A DNA stretch of 64,000 nucleotides. Origin: Desulfurella sp. Lineage in GTDB: Bacteria > Campylobacterota_A > Desulfurellia > Desulfurellales > Desulfurellaceae. The translations under genes and the position numbers were made by a program. The stretch covers positions 18,556 to 82,555 of the forward strand of contig NZ_JBMFGQ010000001.1 in assembly GCF_049977265.1 (NCBI RefSeq), written 5' to 3'. How positions within the stretch are numbered: the stretch's first letter is position 1; each line of letters opens with the position of its first letter. Below the pieces are notes generated by a model. It was not told the origin of the DNA. It saw only the letters and a program-made list of their open reading frames with translations, and did not search any database. Below, in pieces: positions 59,328 to 64,000 of the stretch.

Positions 59328-60479
59328 ATGCAATCAAAAAAATATGGCTACTCAAGGCAATATATCGACGATGAAGATATAAATGCGGTTATTCAGGTTT
59401 TAAAAAGCGATTTTTTAACAACAGGTCCAAAGGTTTTAGAGTTTGAAGAATCAATAAAACAATATTTAGGTGCACAATATGCAGTGTGTGTATCAAGTGG
59501 CACTGCCAGTTTGCATATAGCTGCCCTGTGTTTGTTAGACAAGGATTATAAAGTTCTTACCACCCCTATTTCATTTTTGGCTACGTCAAATGCTATTCTT
59601 TATGCAGGCGCTAAACCAATATTTGTAGATGTAGACGCAAAAGCCAATATAGATTTAAATTTGTGCGAGGATATTTTAAAAAAAGATAGTACCATAAAGG
59701 CTATATTTGCAGTTGATTTTGCTGGCAATATGGTAGATCCTGATGGTCTTTTATACCTGAAAGAAAAATATGGCATAAAAGTGTTGGAAGACTGTGCACA
59801 CTCACTAGGTGCAACTGCTGGTAAAAACAAAGCTGGCGATTGCAGTTTTTGTGATGTTGCAACATTATCGTTTCATCCAGTAAAAAGTATTACAAGCGCA
59901 GAGGGTGGTTGTGTTGTAACAAACGATGAACAAATTGCAAAAAAAGCTTCAATGTTTAGAAACCATGGTATTGTAAGAGACAGGAATGAGTTTATTTATA
60001 AAGACGATGATAACCCTTTGTATTTTGAGATGCAGGAGTTGGGCTTTAACTACAGATTAAGCGATGTGCATAGCGCACTTGGGTTATCCCAGCTAAAAAA
60101 AATAGATTTTTTTTTGACAGTTAGAAGAAAACTTGCAAACAATTATGATATGGCTTTTAATGGCACACCTATTAGACCTTTACATTTAAATAGCGAATCA
60201 TCTTATCATTTGTATGTTATAAGAATTAATTTTAAAGAAATAGGAAAAAAGAGAGCTGATATAATGAAATCGCTACAATCAAAAGGAATTTTTCTTCAAA
60301 CACACTACATACCAATTAATGCTCAGCCGTATTATCAGAAGTTAGGCTATGATCCTTCTTTGACACCAACGGCTGTTAAATATTACAATGAGTGTCTATC
60401 TATACCATTATACGTAGGCATTGAACAAGAAGAGCAAGAATTTATTATAGATACAATAAAATCGGAGATTTTGTTCTAA
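59328..60479 (+). CDS. DegT/DnrJ/EryC1/StrS-family sugar aminotransferase (PseC-like)
   Basis: N-terminus [25 protein letters not shown] and the PLP-Lys region [12 protein letters not shown] 59328 lies 6 nt after AGAGGG (alternative ATG at 59322). Confidence 0.88.
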   Translation: MQSKKYGYSRQYIDDEDINAVIQVLKSDFLTTGPKVLEFEESIKQYLGAQYAVCVSSGTASLHIAALCLLDKDYKVLTTPISFLATSNAILYAGAKPIFVDVDAKANIDLNLCEDILKKDSTIKAIFAVDFAGNMVDPDGLLYLKEKYGIKVLEDCAHSLGATAGKNKAGDCSFCDVATLSFHPVKSITSAEGGCVVTNDEQIAKKASMFRNHGIVRDRNEFIYKDDDNPLYFEMQELGFNYRLSDVHSALGLSQLKKIDFFLTVRRKLANNYDMAFNGTPIRPLHLNSESSYHLYVIRINFKEIGKKRADIMKSLQSKGIFLQTHYIPINAQPYYQKLGYDPSLTPTAVKYYNECLSIPLYVGIEQEEQEFIIDTIKSEILF

Positions 60480-61480
60480 AATAGTGTAGGCTTTTCGATA
60501 ATTATTTGATTTACCGCAACGCGTCCCTTTGGCGTTTTTTTTATATAACCGCACTGCAATAAATATGGTTCTACTACCTCTTCGAGTGTTTTTTTATCCT
60601 CACCAAGGCTTGAAGCGAGCGTCTCAATACCTACAGGGCCACCATTAAAAACGTTATTTATTATTTCTAAGTATTTTTTATCTAAATAATCTAAACCGTT
60701 CTCATCTATATTTATTATTTTTAGTGCTTCCTGGGTAATATCTTTTGTTATTTTATCTATCTGCTTAACTTGAGCTAAATCTCTAACACGCCTTAGTATT
60801 TTGTTTGCAATGCGAGGTGTTGATCGTGAGCGTTGAGCAATAATTTTAGCACTATCTTTGTCAATTTTTATATTTAATACAAGCGCGGAACGATTTATAA
60901 TATCAAGTAACTCATCGAGTGCATAGTAATCTAATCTCAAAACTAGACCAAATCTGTCCCTCAGCGGATTTGTTAGCATACCTATACGGGTTGTTGCACC
61001 TACGAATGTAAATTGAGGCAAATCTATGCGGAGCGTTTTTGCGCCAGGTCCTTGACCCACTACAATATCCAATTTAAAATCTTCCAGTGCCGAATATAAC
61101 ATTTCTTCGATATTACGATTAAGCCTATGAATTTCATCAACAAACAGTACATCTTTATCATCTAAGCTTGTTAATATTGCGGCAATATCACCTACTTTTT
61201 CTATTGATGGACCGCTTATCGTTACTATACTTGAATCCATTTCTTTGGCTATAATATGTGCAAGTGTGGTTTTGCCAATACCAGGTGGCCCATAGAGCAA
61301 ACAATGCTCTATGGGCTCATTGCGTTTTTTTGCCGCGGCTATAGCAAGCGACAAGTTTTCTACTACGCGTTTTTGGCCAATATAGTCTTTTAAACTTTCT
61401 GGCCTTATCGACAAATTAACTTCACTGTTTATTTGAGAGTGCTTCATGTATAGACTTAGCTGCTTTTTTGCCAGCACCAA
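60476..61480 (-). CDS. ruvB: Holliday junction branch migration helicase RuvB
   Basis: [12 protein letters not shown], Walker [12 protein letters not shown] and Walker [10 protein letters not shown]. An alternative start lies at 61447. Confidence 0.96.
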   Translation of the reverse strand: MVLAKKQLSLYMKHSQINSEVNLSIRPESLKDYIGQKRVVENLSLAIAAAKKRNEPIEHCLLYGPPGIGKTTLAHIIAKEMDSSIVTISGPSIEKVGDIAAILTSLDDKDVLFVDEIHRLNRNIEEMLYSALEDFKLDIVVGQGPGAKTLRIDLPQFTFVGATTRIGMLTNPLRDRFGLVLRLDYYALDELLDIINRSALVLNIKIDKDSAKIIAQRSRSTPRIANKILRRVRDLAQVKQIDKITKDITQEALKIINIDENGLDYLDKKYLEIINNVFNGGPVGIETLASSLGEDKKTLEEVVEPYLLQCGYIKKTPKGRVAVNQIIIEKPTLF

Positions 61481-62834
61481 CTGCCAAAATAACTGTAGCT
61501 GCGCCTGTTACTATATCACCGCCTGCCCAAACTTTTGAGTGTGTGGTTTTACCATTTTCATCAGCAACAAAATATCCCCATTTATTTGTTTCTACACCCG
61601 TAGCGCTTCTAGCTACAATAGGATTTGCGCTTTGACCTATTGCAATAATAACTGTATCTGCATCTATTACAAAATTTGAACCCTTAACTTCTTGAGGTCT
61701 TCTTCTGCCTGATTCGTCTGGTTCACCAAGCTCCATTCTAACACACTCGATTCCTAAAACATTTCCGTATTCATCACCTAAGACTTTAACAGGGTTGGTC
61801 AGCATTTCAAATTTTATACCTTCTTCCTCAGCATGTTCTATTTCTTCTGCTCGTGCAGGCATTTCTTTTCTGCTTCTTCTATAGACAATAATAGCTTCTT
61901 TAGCACCAAGTCTTTTTGCTGTTCTAACAGCATCCATTGCCACATTACCACCACCTACTACAACTGCACGTTCACCAACTCTAATTGGAGTCGCATAATT
62001 TGGGAAATCATAAGCTTTCATTAAGTTTGATCTTGTCAAAAACTCACTTGCAGAGTATACGCCATTTAAGTTTTCTCCAGGTATCTTTAAGAAAGATGGC
62101 GCGCCTGCGCCGTTGGCTAAAAATACGGCATCGTACTCATTTATTAAGTCATCCACTTTTTCTGTTAAGCCCACCACATAGTTCAACTTTATATCTACGC
62201 CTAATTCTTTAATTTGACCAACTTCATAATCGACAATTGCTTTTGGTAATCTAAATTCTGGTATACCATAAACCAGCACTCCACCAGATTTATGAAGCGC
62301 TTCGTATATTGTTACATTATAACCTAATTTTGCTAAATCAGATGCGCATGCAAGACCAGCTGGACCAGAGCCTACTACGGCTATTTTTTTGTTGAGTTTT
62401 GTTGAGGGTTGTTTTGCATCAGAATAATCAAGCTCTCGAGCCCAATCTGAAACGTATCGCTCAAGCCTTCCAATGGCTATCGGTTTGCCTTTTTTATTCA
62501 TAATACATGCGCCTTCGCATTGCTCTTCTTGAGGACATACTCTACCACACACGGCTGGCAAGGCGTTTGTTTGCTTTATTTCCAAAAACGCACCTTTTAA
62601 GTCTTCTGCTATTAATTTTTCTATAAACTCTGGAATTCTTACATCTGCAGGACATCCTGCCACGCAGTAAGGCGGTTTGCATTGCAAGCACCTCTGAGCT
62701 TCCTCAATAGCTTCTTGTAAAGAATAGCCCAGTGGCACCTCAAGAAAGTTCTGTACTCTATCCATTGGATCTTGAGTTCTCATTGGAACTCTATTTTTTT
62801 TAAGCCTTTCGGCAGGTTTTATTTTTTCAGCCAT
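61422..62834 (-). CDS. NADPH-dependent glutamate synthase beta-chain homolog (NfnB/SudA-type ferredoxin:NADP oxidoreductase large subunit)
   Basis: 470 aa. N-terminal Cys clusters ([29 protein letters not shown]) and two dinucleotide folds ([20 protein letters not shown]). Confidence 0.9.
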   Translation of the reverse strand: MAEKIKPAERLKKNRVPMRTQDPMDRVQNFLEVPLGYSLQEAIEEAQRCLQCKPPYCVAGCPADVRIPEFIEKLIAEDLKGAFLEIKQTNALPAVCGRVCPQEEQCEGACIMNKKGKPIAIGRLERYVSDWARELDYSDAKQPSTKLNKKIAVVGSGPAGLACASDLAKLGYNVTIYEALHKSGGVLVYGIPEFRLPKAIVDYEVGQIKELGVDIKLNYVVGLTEKVDDLINEYDAVFLANGAGAPSFLKIPGENLNGVYSASEFLTRSNLMKAYDFPNYATPIRVGERAVVVGGGNVAMDAVRTAKRLGAKEAIIVYRRSRKEMPARAEEIEHAEEEGIKFEMLTNPVKVLGDEYGNVLGIECVRMELGEPDESGRRRPQEVKGSNFVIDADTVIIAIGQSANPIVARSATGVETNKWGYFVADENGKTTHSKVWAGGDIVTGAATVILAVGAGKKAAKSIHEALSNKQ

Positions 62835-63684
62835 TTGAAGCTTGCCTCCTTACTTTTTCTTCAACTAACATCAAAGCTTCTCTTTCTTGATCGCAGTATT
62901 GTCTTTGTCTTAATATCATTTCTTCAAAATTGACCAAACTGCCTCTAAACTCTGGGCCATCTACGCAAGCAAATTTTGTTTTTCCGCCCACGCTTACCCT
63001 GCATGCACCACACATGCCAGTACCGTCAACCATAATAGAGTTTAGTGAAACCCAAATTTGTTTATTATGATCATTTGCCACGCGTGTACACATTTTCATC
63101 ATTACTGGTGGCCCAATTGCCCAAATATCTTTTATTGCTTCTGACTCTTTTTTGAGCAAATCGTCCATTATGTTTGTTACAAAACCTTTTTGACCATATG
63201 TGCCATCGTCTGTTGCAATAAACAGTTCATTCGAGGCTTCTTTCATTTTGTCTTCCATAATAATAAGGTCTTTTGTGCGCGCGCCTATAATAGAAATTAC
63301 ATGGTTGCCAAGTTCTTTTAGTTTTTTTGCAACCGGGTGAGCGGGTGCAATACCTATACCGCCACCAATAATAAGCACTTTACCACCAAAATTTTCTACC
63401 TCAGATGGTAAACCCAATGGACCAACAAAAGCATAAAGATTTTCACCTTCATTCATCAATGAAAGCTCTAGTGTGCTTGCCCCAACAACCTGATAAACAA
63501 TTTGTACCCAACCTTCTTTGGCACTTGAATCCGCTATTGTTAAGGGAATTCTTTCGCCATTTTCTTTTGTGATCAGTATTATAAACTGACCAGGTTGGGC
63601 TGCTTTTGCAACAAATGGAGCTTCTATCCAGTTTGAATAGATTGTATCGCTCCATTTTTGCCTTTTGAGAATTTTATACATCAC
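62827..63684 (-). CDS. NfnA/SudB-type subunit (PyrK-like FAD/[2Fe-2S] electron transfer protein)
   Basis: 285 aa. FNR-like fold (RIPLTIADS, IGGGIGIAP) and a C-terminal CGACRV...C cluster. 8-nt overlap with the large subunit gene. Confidence 0.88.
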   Translation of the reverse strand: MMYKILKRQKWSDTIYSNWIEAPFVAKAAQPGQFIILITKENGERIPLTIADSSAKEGWVQIVYQVVGASTLELSLMNEGENLYAFVGPLGLPSEVENFGGKVLIIGGGIGIAPAHPVAKKLKELGNHVISIIGARTKDLIIMEDKMKEASNELFIATDDGTYGQKGFVTNIMDDLLKKESEAIKDIWAIGPPVMMKMCTRVANDHNKQIWVSLNSIMVDGTGMCGACRVSVGGKTKFACVDGPEFRGSLVNFEEMILRQRQYCDQEREALMLVEEKVRRQASNG

Positions 63685-63696
63685 ACCCTCCTTTAC

Positions 63697-64000
63697 CTAA
63701 AATTTAAAATTTAAACTGCCAACAATTGAAGCCATATTAAAATCTACGTTATTATTTTTGCAACTTCTATCAAATTCAATTATATAATTAGTAGACCAAA
63801 ACTCACGTGGCTTTAAATAAAGCCAAGCGTTCAAAGGGCTATCTTTTGGAACTTTTTCAATTTTTATTGGTTGTATTTTTTTGCCATTGCAATCTAAATA
63901 AACATTCCAAAATGAATTTTTATCAGATATATTATTTGATTCAAAATCTGAACTATACAGATTTACCCAAAGAACGGTATTTTTATAGCTATCGTTCTGG
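63697..64000 (-). CDS. hypothetical protein, C-terminal fragment running off the right edge
   Basis: Open minus-strand frame ending ...DFNMASIVGSLNFKF with TAG at 63699..63697, 12 nt upstream of the nfnA-like start. The terminal aromatic residue recalls outer-membrane beta-barrel C-termini, but this is weak evidence. Confidence 0.4.
   Translation of the reverse strand, partial: QNDSYKNTVLWVNLYSSDFESNNISDKNSFWNVYLDCNGKKIQPIKIEKVPKDSPLNAWLYLKPREFWSTNYIIEFDRSCKNNNVDFNMASIVGSLNFKF

Overview
AT-rich, very compact bacterial chromosomal segment, almost entirely core housekeeping genes. I found no CRISPR array, transposase, integrase, prophage or recognisable defence island. Taxon is not assignable from sequence alone; the gene set (NfnAB/SudAB-like ferredoxin enzyme, PEP synthase, split transketolase, SatP acetate channel) suggests an anaerobe, possibly thermophilic. 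Left arm (minus strand): FtsE-like ATPase, split transketolase, hemD-hemC-hemA, polyprenyl synthase, gyrA, gyrB, recF, dnaA (no dnaN), MsrP-like Mo-domain protein, yraN, rplS, trmD, KH protein, rpsP, ffh. The coding strand switches at about 17.4 kb. Plus strand: tRNA-Leu, metK, ahcY, mrp, short PPX, unknowns, K+ channel, ppsA, tldD, truA, gatCA, SufT-like, GT2, deacetylase, satP, XRE/cupin regulator. Minus strand again: rsmG, mnmG, mnmE, yidC, yidD, rnpA, rpmH, then a five-gene polyphosphate operon (ppk2-CHAD-ppx-ppx-ppk1). Next come a mosaic tRNA/HU/tRNA/cinA-like transcription unit, pfkA, comEA, two [small periplasmic protein]-[OmpR regulator]-[histidine kinase] modules, crp, a PseC-like aminotransferase, ruvB and nfnAB-like genes. 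No clear novel multi-gene system stands out. Points worth a second look: (1) a perfect parS site between mnmE and mnmG, with no parAB nearby; (2) three conserved genes (rnpA, truA, yraN) whose conserved N-termini lie upstream of any ATG/GTG/TTG, pointing to ATT or CTG initiation, and rnpA is absent from the ORF track; (3) protein genes fused directly behind tRNAs; (4) consensus promoters abutting start codons (leaderless geometry), including dnaA; (5) the polyphosphate operon, with one PPX paralog whose catalytic motifs are degenerate; (6) a GC-richer gene for a secreted His/Tyr-rich repeat protein; (7) a Cpx-like module with phased GTAAA repeats.
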